A DNA stretch of 64,000 bases. It comes from Sphaerodactylus townsendi (taxonomy: Eukaryota). Every line of letters starts with the position of its first letter. Within the stretch, counting starts at the first letter, position 1. Shown here in pieces: positions 51,798 through 64,000 of this stretch. The translations under genes and the position numbers were made by a program. The notes beneath the pieces are model-generated. The model was not told where the DNA came from. It saw only the letters and a program-made list of their open reading frames with translations, and did no database searches. The DNA is taken from the NCBI RefSeq assembly GCF_021028975.2, contig NC_059440.1, forward strand, positions 32,612,001-32,676,000, read 5' to 3'.

Positions 51798-51867
51798 TAA
51801 AAAATTATTTGCAACTCATCACGTTTCTACTCATTTGTGGATCTGGTTTGCAGGACAGATACTGTAG

Positions 51868-52020
<153 letters not shown>

Positions 52021-53057
52021 TGATCCAGGTGTTTGGCCACCGTGTCATCTGGTGGAAACAAACTACATCTCATAGTCCTGAGCTTTCCTATTTGCTGGTC
52101 AATCTTCTTGAATTCAGTGTGGGGTTTGGAGACCTGTGAGATGCAGATTGTGCCTATATTTCACCTGTTTCCTCTGTGTAACAGGCACAAAGCTGAGCTC
52201 TTCTAGTGTCATGCAGAAATATATATCATGTGGATTGACTTTATCAAATGGTTTTCTGGAATCCTTAGCAGTCCCTGGTTAAAAATTGATAGCTGTCGTT
52301 TAGCATTGACGAGTTTGCAAAAGTTACTGACCTACAACATTTTTCTCCTAGCCAGTCTGTCCATGCAAACCTATCAGCCATTTGTATCCTGGTTATGGCT
52401 GGAAAGTCAGACAGAACTTTTTCCTGTTTGCTGACCTTTCCCTGCATGGCCAACTGAACTTTTGACTCTCTCCAGGCCACTGGGTTAAAGGGTCATTTGC
52501 AAGCTCTCTAAGACCCCTGCTGAGTTTGCCATTTTTAAAGACTACCAAATCTAATGTAGGATAAGGTTTTATGAATTCTGGTTGGCTTCATCCAATTAAT
52601 TTTCCTGCAACAGATTAATGCAGCTCTTTGGAATGAATTAAAACATACAGCAGCTTTATGTTGCAAACACCTGCTTGCAAACCCAGACATTGCCAGCAGT
52701 GCCTAAGCAGAATTTGGGGATGGGCAATGGCTTGGTGGAAGAGCCTTTGCATGCAGGTCTCAGGTTCAATCCCCAGAACCTCCAGGCAGCTTCACGTGTG
52801 TAGTACAGACTTGTAGTATGAATCTCCAGCACAGATGCACTATTTCGTCTCATGCATACAGTGTCATGAGTCATGAAAGAAAATACAAACTTTATTTCTA
52901 AAACAACATACATGGACTGCATCACGGCAATAGGCTTGCAATGGTAATTGGTAGATCCTCCACTGGACTACCTGTAAAGTGTTCCCACGCCCCTTTCTCC
53001 TCTTATGCAGACAGGCACTCACCCCATTGAACTTCCTGCATAATTTTGCACAGACAC

Positions 53058-53424
53058 NNNNNNNNNNNNNNNNNNNNNNNNNNNNNNNNNNNNNNNNNNN
53101 NNNNNNNNNNNNNNNNNNNNNNNNNNNNNNNNNNNNNNNNNNNNNNNNNNNNNNNNNNNNNNNNNNNNNNNNNNNNNNNNNNNNNNNNNNNNNNNNNNNN
53201 NNNNNNNNNNNNNNNNNNNNNNNNNNNNNNNNNNNNNNNNNNNNNNNNNNNNNNNNNNNNNNNNNNNNNNNNNNNNNNNNNNNNNNNNNNNNNNNNNNNN
53301 NNNNNNNNNNNNNNNNNNNNNNNNNNNNNNNNNNNNNNNNNNNNNNNNNNNNNNNNNNNNNNNNNNNNNNNNNNNNNNNNNNNNNNNNNNNNNNNNNNNN
53401 NNNNNNNNNNNNNNNNNNNNNNNN
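53058..53424. other. Assembly gap (367 N) in the last LZIC intron
   Basis: Run of N abutting an L2 3' end. Confidence 0.99.
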
Positions 53425-54985
53425 TTCCACCCGGGAGGGCTCTGAGGCGGTCAATACAACAACTAATATAATCTAAAATAACAAGAAGAGCACATTCAAT
53501 AAATACATACAATATAATAAAATTAGGGCTCTAAATCTCACATTAAAACCTTTTAAAACAGCACACAAAACATCTGGCAATCTAAAGGTCCCTCTGAGGA
53601 GGGAACGGAAAGGCCCAAGATGTAAAAGGCTGCAGATGATAAAAAGGGAAGGAGGGGGCGCCATCAGCGGCCGGCTTCTCCAAAGGCCTGCTGGAACAGC
53701 TCGGTCTTACAGGCCCTGCGGAACTCTCTAAGGTCCCACAGGGCCTGGACGGAGGAAGAGCATTCCACCAGGCAGGGGCCAGGGCTGTAAAGGCCCTGGC
53801 CCAGTGGTGGGATCCAAAAATTTTAGTAACAGGTTCCCATGGGGGTGGGATTCAAACTGTGGCATAGCGCCAATGGGGCTGGGAGGGGCACGACAGGGGC
53901 GTGGCTGGGCATTCCGGGGGCGGGCCATTCCTCAAGGGGCGGGGGCTGTGGCAGAGGAAGACGCCAGGCCACTCGCGTTAAGCTCAGCAGACGAGGGAAA
54001 TGAATGCACGCAGGCGCAGGCTGCCACGCATGCCGGTGCACCTCCTGCTAGACTGCTTCAAGTTCTGTGTGCTACTGCTGAGAGGAGGGGCAAAAATCAC
54101 ATGGCAAACTCATCAATTAGTAACCCCCTCTCGGCACACACAAATAATTAGTAACCTACTCTCGGGAACCTGTGAGAACCTGCTGGATCCCACCTCTGCC
54201 CTGGCCCTAGTGGAGGCCAGCCGCATCATTGAAGGGCCGGGGACCACCAGAGAAGATTAGCCTCCGCTGAACGCAGAGGCCGAGACGCTGGGACATCTTG
54301 AGGGTCAGGCTTGTCGGTCCCGAAGGTACGAGGGTCCCAGGCCGCATAAGGCCTTAAAGGTTAGCACCAACACCTTAAAGACGATTCAGAACTCAACTGG
54401 CAGCCAATGCAGATAATGCAACACTTGCAAGATATGATCTCTAACGGCACCACCAGTGAGCAGCCGGGCCGCAGCATTTTGGACCAGTTTCAGCTTCCGA
54501 ATCAGACGCAAGGGCATGCCCGCGTAGAGCAAGTTACAATAGTCTAACCTGGAGGTGACCGTTGCATGGATCACAGTGGCTAGGTCCGCTTGGGAGAGGT
54601 AGGGGGCCAGCTGCTGGGCCTGACGCAGATGGAAAAACGCAACCTGGGTTATATGGGCCACCTGGGCCTCCATTGAAAGAGACGAATCCAGGTGGACCCC
54701 CAGGCTGCGGGTGGAGGAGGCCGGTGCCAATTTGGCCCCCTTCCACACCGGCGGTTGGAAATCCCCAGGCCCCCCTTTGCGGCCCAGCCAAAGGATCTCC
54801 GTCTTCGATGGATTCAGCTTCAACCTGCTCTGCAGTAACCAACCAGCGATTGCCTCCAAACATTGCTGTAGAGCTGCAGGTTCCCCACTCCATCAACAGA
54901 ATGAGCTGAGTGGCATCAGCATATTGATGACAAATCAGTCCAAAGCTCCATACCAACTGAGCAAGGGGTCGCATATAGATATTAA
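53425..54985 (-). mobile_element. L2-clade LINE, 5'-truncated, degenerate RT
   Basis: ORF pieces HQYADATQL (mutated YADD), LKLNPSKTEIL, RLDYCN, VQNAAARLL and LHWLPV, with a frameshift between ORFs. Confidence 0.9.
53802..54198. mobile_element. hAT non-autonomous element inserted in the L2
   Basis: Inverted relative of 25223-25599, perfect TSD ccctggcc. Confidence 0.9.
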
Positions 54986-55212
54986 ATAACAGCGGGGATA
55001 ACAGTTAGGTGTATACTTGTTGTCATACCCAGATTTGCTTCTGCATAATGTGTGAAGCTGCTGTTGGCAGTCCTCTTTTGCAGTCTCAAAACAAAGAGAG
55101 AGGTTGAGTTCAGATCTCTTATGGAGAAGCAAAGTAACTTAGAAGCAGATGATGATGATGATGGGATAAATGCAAGGTTAAATGTTTTCCTTTGTTTCTC
55201 ATTTAACTGCAG

Positions 55213-55271
55213 GGTCAGGAGATAAAGTCTTCGCTCTGGCTAGTCTGGAGGTAGAAAAATCAAAGCAGTGA
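55213..55271 (+). CDS. LZIC: LZIC last coding exon: SGDKVFALASLEVEKSKQ*
   Basis: 59 nt after actgcag. CDS total 573 nt = 190 aa. Confidence 0.93.
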
Positions 55272-57695
55272 AGGATGCTTGGGAGAGCTGCTTCAGTTTC
55301 CTGTGATCCATTATGTTAGATTTTTTTTTACACTACGTTGTATTTGTGAATTTCTTATAAACTTTTTGTAACACTCTTTCTCTCGACAAGATGCAAAAAG
55401 TTTTTCAAGTGCTCTTTGCAAGCTCGGCAGCCTAGCTTTGGAGGATGACACCTTCAAAGTGCTACATTTTAAACAAAGGAAAAACCTCACAATAATTGCT
55501 TTTTCAATGGAAGCAACTTGTTTTTGTCCCTGTCTTTGGAAATATGCATTTCTCTAGTAAAACATTTTTTTTGTGTATGTGTGTGTATACACGTGATGGC
55601 GGAACGTGCCCTCCTTGGCTAACGTTTTTTCAGGTTTGCAGCTTGCCAGAAATTGTTTGTTTTACTGCAATCCCTTCTGTTTATTTTAGGCAAAGGGGGA
55701 GGAGGGAGTGTAACTCTGTATCTAATGTAGCCGTGTTTTCCTGAATCAGCATCTGTCTGAAAGCCGAGACTATAGGCCAGCCGACAGTTCTGCTGTGGCT
55801 ATGAATGGGAGCCATTGTCTAGGAGAGGCTTGATTGGCAAACAAAAGCAGCGCAGTTTGGAATCTTCTGCATCAATTTAACTTTCTGTGTCGGAACGACA
55901 GGGAAGTGTTCCCAACCAGCTGCGAGAGGCCCTGTCCACGGCTGCCTTTGGGAACTTGCAGTGATATGGACTACAAGAGTTGCTATTCTTCCCTCCCCAT
56001 GTTTCTGGGGCAGCGTGTAATAGTTTCCTCCCTGGTCAAAAGAAACAAACAGAAGGCCCCTTGTGGCAGGCTGAGTCCCTTCTTTTTCTGAATGGAGGTC
56101 ATACTTGCACGCCACTAACCTTGCCTGTCAACTTCCAGGTGACCGAACAATATGCCGGCTTTGGTGTCCAGAGCTCTGCACCCCCTCTATAGCCTTGCTG
56201 CTTGGGGGGGGGGGGGGACTATTTACATTCCCCAGAGGAGATGTGGCTAGAATCCAGTTTCAGCATCTGACTTCAATACTTTTATGGGTTGCAGTGCTCT
56301 TTTCCTAAATAGCTGAAAGTTGCTGAGAGCCTCTGGCCATGTGCAGAATGCTTTTTATTTATCTGCATTTAGAACACCTGTGTGTTTAAGATTCCAAAAG
56401 CAAACCAGATAATGTGGTGCCCAGGCAGCGTTGGACCATGGTTGCGAGGAGTTGGATCCCAAAATCTCTGCTCAGCCTCAAAGTTCACAGGGTGAATTTG
56501 GGCTGTGCTCTTTATCTTAGTTTACCCTCCATCACAAAGCTGCTGTGAGGGTAAATGGATTTGCTGGCTGGAGCTGCTTGGAGGAAAAGCCAGGTAAAAA
56601 TGAGAATTCTAGAAGTGTGGAAAAACTCCTGGCTTTTAAAGAGTTGTGTAGAAGAGGGGTTGGGAGTGGGTGCCCTTGGAAAGCCCACTCCCCCCCCCCA
56701 CAACTTGCTGTTTTCTTCTGCACAATTATGAAAGACAAAGAACACATTCAGAGGCCTTCTACTGAGTAAGTCCATTAGTCCATCCAACCTAATTCTGCTG
56801 CCTCTGCTGGTAGCTGCTCTCGGGGGTCTCAAGCAGAGGAAGGGGCTTTCCCAAGGTCTGCAGCCAGAAAGGAAGCTGTCTGTCTGCAAACCCTCCCACC
56901 TCTTCAACAAAGAAACCAAACAATGGGAAACAGCCATGGTCCCACCAGGGCTCTAGGCCAGGGTGTGAGGCACTTGTGGGTTCTAACTCACCTGTTGAAG
57001 CTCTAGATGGCTTCATTCAGCAGCCATTAAGAGAGAGATCTTCCAATAGGCGACTGGAGGATCGGAAACCAAATTCTGCTCCTGCCAGTGAATGCCCTCT
57101 TGAAAAAGCAGGCATGCTCTCTGGAGCCCCACTTGTCTTGTGAACGCATGAGGTTTAACTGTTGCTCACCAAGAGGGATTGGAAGACTACTTTAATTAAT
57201 CTGAATGTAAAACTTCTCTGCCCTGCCCTGTTCATAATGAACCCTAATTATGGCTTTGACTTCAAGACTTTCACTGGCTATATTGACATCTCGGTGTTTG
57301 ACCAGAGATACATCCCAGCTCTCTTGCCATGTGGCCCAGTGGAAGATCCTCCACTTTGCAGAAGGTCTCATGTTTGATCCACATCATCTCTAACTAAAAA
57401 GATCAGGCAGCTGGTGATGTGGAAGCCCTCTACCTGAAACTCGAGGGCAGCTGCCAGCCTGAGTGGACAATACAGACCTTGGTCGACTGATTTAGTATAA
57501 CGCAGTTTTGTGTGTGCCATGACCGTATTCATGGTCTTCCTGATGATCTTTGCTGTATAGTCATTTGAGAAACTGTTTTGCTTTCTGTCTGGTTTGAGAA
57601 GTAAACACAAAGCCTATATTCTCTTTTCCTGGCTCGCAGACCTGTGTAGCCTGCCAAAAATGCTGGCTGCGTCACACTGCAATGTTGCTATAGTG

Positions 57696-58198
57696 CAGTG
57701 ATGGCCAACCTTTTTGAGACCGAGTGCCCAAATTGCAACCCAAAACCCACTTATCGCAAAGTGCCAATACGGCGATTTAACCTGAATATTGAGGTTTTCG
57801 TTTAGAACAACAGTTGGCTCCAAGGCATGTGTTACTCGGGAGTATGCTTGGTGGTGGCGGCTTTGTTTTGAAGCAATCGTGCAACTCTTCCAACGGGTGA
57901 ATCAGGACCCTAGAAGGGTTTACTCAGAAGTAAGCCCGATTGCCAGCAACCGAGCTTACTCCCAGCTAAAGGATCACGCTTTAGTTCTTCGCATGAAAAT
58001 CAGTGGGGTTTAACAGCACTTAACAGGATTACCTACCCTGCTTCCCCAAAACTAGGTCTTAGGTTTAATGCTAATAATTGAGCCCAGTGGGCTGGGCCAG
58101 CCTAGATGTGGGGGGGGGGGCTACTCTGTTTGCGCGTGCCCACAGAGAGGGCTCTGAGTGCTACCTCTGGTACCCGTGCCATAGGTTCCCCACCACTG
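57696..58198. mobile_element. hAT non-autonomous element (TIR CAGTGATGGCCAACCT)
   Basis: 503 bp, perfect TSD ctatagtg. Confidence 0.85.
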
Positions 58199-61100
58199 CT
58201 ATAGTGTGACTCTCTCCCCCTTGTTCAGCTTTTTGGAGGTGTAATAACAAGGAAAGGGACAGTGGGCTCAGCAAAGGCACCACAGAACAGATGCCCAAGA
58301 GCAGAGGATGGTGAAAATCTTCCAGCGGCTGGAACCAGCCTTGACAGCAGCATTCCTAATAGGATTAGGAGGGATTTGAGCTGAGCAAGCGGAACGTGCC
58401 CTGCTGCTGTTCTTTTCTGTTCTTGGTATAATTTCTACTTCGTTCCTCATATTTACATCCTCGTCCAGGCTGTAATACTTGGATGGGGTGATCCCATCAT
58501 GGAGCCGGGTGGGGGATTAACCTTAAGTGAGAGAGACTGAAAAGGCCATCACCTACAGAATGTCATAGCCCTGGGAGTAAACACAGATTTCCCAAGACCA
58601 AACCTTCAGAGGCAAAGCTTTTCCTGGTCTATGGACCAAGAATGGTGACTGAGTTTGTGTGTCTGAATGCTTCTGCACCCAGAAAAACTACATCAGGGCA
58701 AAGGCTAGGCTGGCATTATTCCTGACTGCTTGGCTTTCTGTATGGAGGGAGGATTTGGTGAAGGAAAAGCTCTCCAATAACTTCAGTGGACAGTGACTTA
58801 GCAGTTATGAATAGCATCCTTTTCATGGTTTTAAGAATAATCTAACAGTTAAGTAACAGCTGGGACAATTTTTTGGTGACTGTGGATCTCTTGTTCCTGA
58901 AACACTGCATCTGACTCATTAGGGGTGATTAGAGGGTTCTTTTGCTGCCTGCAGAAGGGAAGCCCCGCTGCTGTCTTGCCACAAAGCCCTGCCTTGAGCC
59001 AAACACGGCTCAAAACCAGGTGCCACTTTTGATCTCTTTTTCTGCAGCAAGATTTGCATTTACTCCTCAGCCTTTGTGGAGGGTGTGTCTTCCTTTATTA
59101 ATGCGCCGCTGAGAAATGCATTTGAATCTTGTCAACTTTACACGTCAACTCCTCCCTCCCCCCTTTTCAATCTTAACCACTCCATTAAACCACTACTTCC
59201 TCCCAAAAACATGTTTTTGTGGGAGGAAAATGATTTTTGTGCTCAAGCATACAACTCTAAAACTGCACAAAGCAGCTGAGAATGAGGCTCAGGGTTTCTA
59301 ATCCTTTTAAAATTTTGCCTGCAAATAGGTAAGATACTGATACAGGGAAAAAATGAACCAATGATTTATGAATTAGAGGACTAAGGGAATAGAAAAATGG
59401 ATATAATAAAGAAAAGTCTGAATCCTACTTCGTAATAACAATTAAGAATTAAGTGACATAATTTTGTAATTGTAACTAGGGAGCTAGTGTTAATTTTTTA
59501 AAGATTTGGTGCAGAGGAAACCAGGTCCCCTCTCTTTCCTTCTTATACCATAGTTTTTGTGAATATTCTTTTGTCTTTTAAAAAGTTCTAATAAAATTAG
59601 GTTGCATAACGAAGATTATAGTGGCAGGGCTAGGTGCGGGCGGGGGGTTAAGGAGAGGAGATTGGTGCAGAGGAACTGTCCAGTCTGAAAGAGTGCCCTG
59701 GAAATAGCAATGGCTCCTGATGACTGAGCTTAACTGCTGTACCAAGGAAACAAGATCAGGAAGCAGAGGAAGCTAGAGATCTCTTGGACACATACTGCAC
59801 ATAAAAATGTAGCGTTAAAAATATGCAGCTTTTACAAAAAGCACAACAGACGAGTCCTAGCTCAAAGTGGCTTATGGTCTACATTAAAAAAAACCCCAAA
59901 CCATCCAATACAACATAATTTCCAATAGTTTCTAAGATTGTGACATTTCCTAATGGGATGAGATGCATGGTATAAGCTATGGATTTGCACTTGGGGAAGG
60001 GATGGTGACCGATGTAGGCTGCCAAGTTATGTTTGTTTTAGGGGGGGGGGGGTTATAGGGTTTAGGACCTGGGGTGCCTCCTGCTCAAAGCTCTAGAAAA
60101 TCAGATCATCTCTTTGGCTGAGAACTGGGTCAGGAGCAACAGCAGCTTGTAAATCCCTTCCCCACCCCTTCTCTTTGGTGCTTGGCCTCTCCCCTCTGCC
60201 TCCCCTCCTTACACACTTTTTTTTGCATTTGCTCTACTCTTCACTTACTGGTGTTTCTTCGCGCTCTCCCTCTCACAAAACACTGATGTTCAGGTTAGGC
60301 AAATCCCATTTCTGAAGCTAACCTATGTTTAGTTGATGTTTGCATCCTTTGGTCCCTATTTCTCATTAGGTGAGGTGTATTCTGCCAGTTTCTGCTACCT
60401 CATAATGAAGAAAGCTGGGTGTTTTGCAGAAATGTAGCCTACATGTATTATAAACAGGAAATCGAATATGTTCATCTGTGGCAAGCAAAATAACAACTTA
60501 TTTTCTTTGTTCATTTTTTAAAAAAATTGTTAATATATTGGATGATAAAATAATGCCAAAATAGTAAAATATTAATATTAATAAAAGCTAAATGAGGTTT
60601 CAATTTCACAGGGAAATATTTTTAGCTAGGGTACCTAAATTTTACATGGGCCACTAGATGTTATGGAGATGGTTTCCATCTTTCAGAATTGAGAACTGAG
60701 ATACATAGCTTTTAGCAGAGTTGTAACAGATGATCCATTTAAACATGCATTTTATACCTTAGTGCATAAATCACCTAACTGATAATATATAGTTCTGAGT
60801 TATCAGCTTGTGAAGTTGGAATTTCCTGAGTATGAAATGGGGAATTTGTTCATAGGGTCCTTAACCAGTTACCTGATCAAGTGGCCAAGTGATGGGAAGA
60901 CAGAATGTAGAGGGTTTTCTAAAAATTATATTAAGCCTATAATTCCTTCAAAAGCATTCTCAGTCAGTTACAAAGGATAAACAGATGCCTTAATTGCAGG
61001 TCTCTCACCTCACAGGAGAATAAAACATCTTTGGATATTTCTCTCTCCCTTGCATGCTGCTCTAATTAACATGAATCTGACGGAAGGATCCCAGAGTGAG

Positions 61101-62359
61101 GTTTCCGCATCCCTATCCACCTCGCCTGAGCTGACGTGCTGCTCAGGTTCTTTTTGTAAATAATTAATAATCAGCACTGCTTGTCGCGCACTGTGTATGT
61201 GTTAGTGGTTGTCTCAGATCCCAGCATATTTCCACCCTTCCAGTTCCTGTCTGCGGTTTGCTTTTGCTCTTTTCATGGGCTTTCATGTGAAGGTTTTCAT
61301 TAACTAACTCTGGTTGTAGAAATGTGACAGATGACTTTGATGTCATGTAAATACCAAAACAGAGAATAAGAGGCACAGATCTATTAATCGACTATGATTT
61401 ATAGGACACTAATACAACAGGGGGGCAGTGGCAATATTTAACAATGCTGTGGGTAGCCTGATAAGAGGTTGTAGAAAAGTGCACCCATATGAAACCAGGG
61501 GGTTTTCATTGGCCCACCTAAATAATCTGTGCCCCATTTCACTTTAATTTTGTGGAGGGGAAAGCCTTGCCTGTCTTCCTTTATAAGCTACTTGTTGATT
61601 ACATCCCTGTGACTTCAAAGGTTGGACCTTTTTGTTCTTCAATTCACAACCTGGAGGTTGTCCTACAACCTGCATATCCCTTTGCAATTCTGTTTCTGTA
61701 TCAGCTAATATGGAAATATGTAATTAGCATTTAGCAGTGCCTTCTCCCCTGCTCTAAAAGAAGCAGTCTCACCTAGTGTTACTCCAACCTGCCGATCCTC
61801 CTGCAATTCTCTCAACAGGTCCAACTTCCTCCTTCATTTGATGACTTAAGTCTCAGGAGAGGAGAATCCCTCTTCCCTGAAAAAAACCCCCACATCTTGC
61901 ATTACAAAAATGAACAGATTTATTGTAGTAGGTTTGGGGGACTGTAGTGTGCGTCATCAGATGCATTAACAGACATGCACATAGAGACAGATAAATATTT
62001 GTGAACATTGGGAACAAATAGCTGTGAAATGTAAGAGGTTTGTTCTTCCTGGCAAAGATACTTCCTGGCAAAGTTCAAATATATATAAGTTCAGTGATTA
62101 TCTACAAGTGCAGTAAATATCACCAACATAAATCTAGTAAGGACACTTCCATTGAATACTTTTGAACCTTTGCATGGAAATATCAGACTGTCCCTCTGGC
62201 AGTTCATGGTCATTTGGCTCCATTGTTTACCATTTTTTCCTCTTTGTGTGCATGTGTGCATGTGTTAAAAATCACTAGATTTAACAGTGAAACGACTGTA
62301 CATGGATAATAAAAGCAGAACTACACAGCCACATACAAAGCAGAAGTCTCTATGTACTG

Positions 62360-62620
62360 TTGAAGGATTTCATGGCTGGAATCAACTGGCTGTTGTGGGT
62401 TTTCCAGGCTGTGTGGCCGTGGTTTGGTAGTTTTTGCTCCTAACATTTCACCCGCATCTATGCCTGACACCTTTGGAGGCAAGTCACAGTAAGATTTGTT
62501 ACTCTACTTGGCACAAAGGAACATAACTGACCATGACATGCCTCTGAAGATGCCAGCCATAAGTGTGTGTGTGAAAACTTCCAGACACGGCCACACAGCC
62601 CAGAAAACCCACAATAGCCA
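62360..62620. mobile_element. Penelope-like palindromic fragment
   Basis: Same family as 20950-21170. Confidence 0.6.
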
Positions 62621-63924
62621 GGCTCTCTGTACTTGTTCAAGTAAGGAGAAAATTCACTGGAAGAAAAATGGGGTGGGGGGGAGCTTAAATATACCCACGA
62701 AGGGGATGGATGGTGATGTTCATTTTGGAATGATCGAGATAGCTGGCTGCTGCCTCCCCAGACTCTGCTGGTCCCAGTGATGGCAAATGGGCATCAGCTG
62801 GATCTGGCCCTACCAAGTGATTCTTGGATGCTGCCTTCCCTCCCTCTGATAGCCTTATCAATAGTAACTATAGAAGCAAGGGGTATTGTCAGCTCCATCC
62901 CAGTGTTATGGAAGGTCCTAGTGGCTTCCTTCACTCAGTGATGGCCCCAATAATGGCAATAATGGCCAAAGGACCTAGCCTGAAACTGCACACTGGGTAC
63001 CCAGCTGCAGAAAAAAGATGTTAACAGCTGTCTGTACTGGCTCCCACAAAACCTGGAACAAGAAACCAAATCCCTAAATCTGATAGGGATAATGCATTTT
63101 TTTCTTCTAGTACTTCCATGCATGTTGCTAGAATCTTTCCTGTTAGACTCAGATGTTCTCATTTTGTAATCTGCTTACTGATTGAATTAAATAAAAGGTA
63201 TGGGATGGCATCTGGTACCCAGTCGTTGCCCACTCTTCCCCTGACACTCCCATTTTTGACTGTTATGGGGAAGCTATGTTAGACAGTTGTAGCAAAAGAA
63301 ATAGCACTCCAGTGGCACTTTAAGAAATTTCAACATTTATTTCAATATGAACTTTCCTGAGCCAATGCATAGCAGTTGGTAAGACTGTCAAACCAGTATC
63401 TGGAAGGCCTCGGTTCGAATCTTCACTCTGCTCATGGGCACTCACTGGGTGGACTTTCAGCCTAAACCTACCTCACAGGGTGGACGTGAGGATAACATGG
63501 AGGAAAGATAAACAATGTAAGCTGCTCTGTATCCACAAAGAGGAGAAAGTCTGGGTTTAAAATACATAAAGTGACTGCTCACTTTGTCAGACATGTCGAA
63601 ATGAGCATCCTTCTGAAGGGATCAGGCCTTGTAACCTGCCCCACAGCAGAGTCTCATTTTGATTTTCAGACATATCTGATGAAGTGAGCTGAGACTCAGG
63701 AAAGCACCTGTAAAGATAAAGCCATAATGGCAAACATGCATGTCAAAGGTGACACCCCACAATGTTTTGGGTGTCACGCTGGCGGTCCCTAAAACCTGAC
63801 AACTGAGTTTCTTTTACTCCCATTTCATTTTTGCAGTTATCTGACGTTTCTTGGTATAACAAATAGCACCCCACGAGACTGGTTGGTATTAAAAAAAAAC
63901 CGAATATGTAAAGCGGGGGTGTCC

Positions 63925-63999
63925 AATTGGCAATGCTGGCAGGGACTGATGGGAATCGTAGTCCACGAACATCTGGAAGGCCAGAGTTGGATATCCCTG
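63925..63999. mobile_element. Right half of a palindromic hAT MITE
   Basis: ATGCTGGCAGGGACTGATGGGAATCGTAGTCC...CCCTG. Confidence 0.65.
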
Positions 64000-64000
64000 A

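Noticed and set aside
52864-53512. ORFs of 141-196 aa
   Set aside because: Artefacts of the N gap.
54386-54974. RT-like ORFs as a host gene
   Set aside because: Truncated, frameshifted L2 with YADD mutated to YADA.
60243-60292. Possible pre-miRNA hairpin containing AACACTG
   Set aside because: Stem is too short and imperfect, and no known mature miRNA is recognised.
55272-64000. CTNNBIP1, expected next by synteny
   Set aside because: No MNREGAPGKSPEEM-type coding exon and no clear CpG island found. Possible non-coding exons (donors near 59329 and 60294) cannot be supported.

Overview
Vertebrate genomic DNA from a squamate reptile, probably a gecko (inferred from the SINE/MITE/Penelope repeat repertoire). 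It is syntenic with the human 1p36.22 block. Minus strand: the 5' part of UBE4B (coding exons 1-6, running off the left edge), complete RBP7 (4 exons, 134 aa) and complete NMNAT1 (4 coding exons, 281 aa, probable non-coding exon 1 near 46.5 kb). Plus strand: complete LZIC (6 coding exons, 190 aa). The main finding is a sixth-exon-complete gene the ORF track does not show. Six plus-strand exons (37070-42669) splice in perfect phase into an intact 181-aa four-transmembrane protein. It lies between the NMNAT1 coding exons and the NMNAT1/LZIC promoter, probably nested antisense in NMNAT1 intron 1, with its own CpG island overlapping the first NMNAT1 coding exon. By position it may correspond to the human pseudogene TMEM274P (recollection, unverified). 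Other observations: uORFs in UBE4B and LZIC, a SPIN-like hAT MITE, Penelope-derived palindromes with hammerhead-like cores, a higher-order tandem array made from a MITE, nested TE insertions and one assembly gap.
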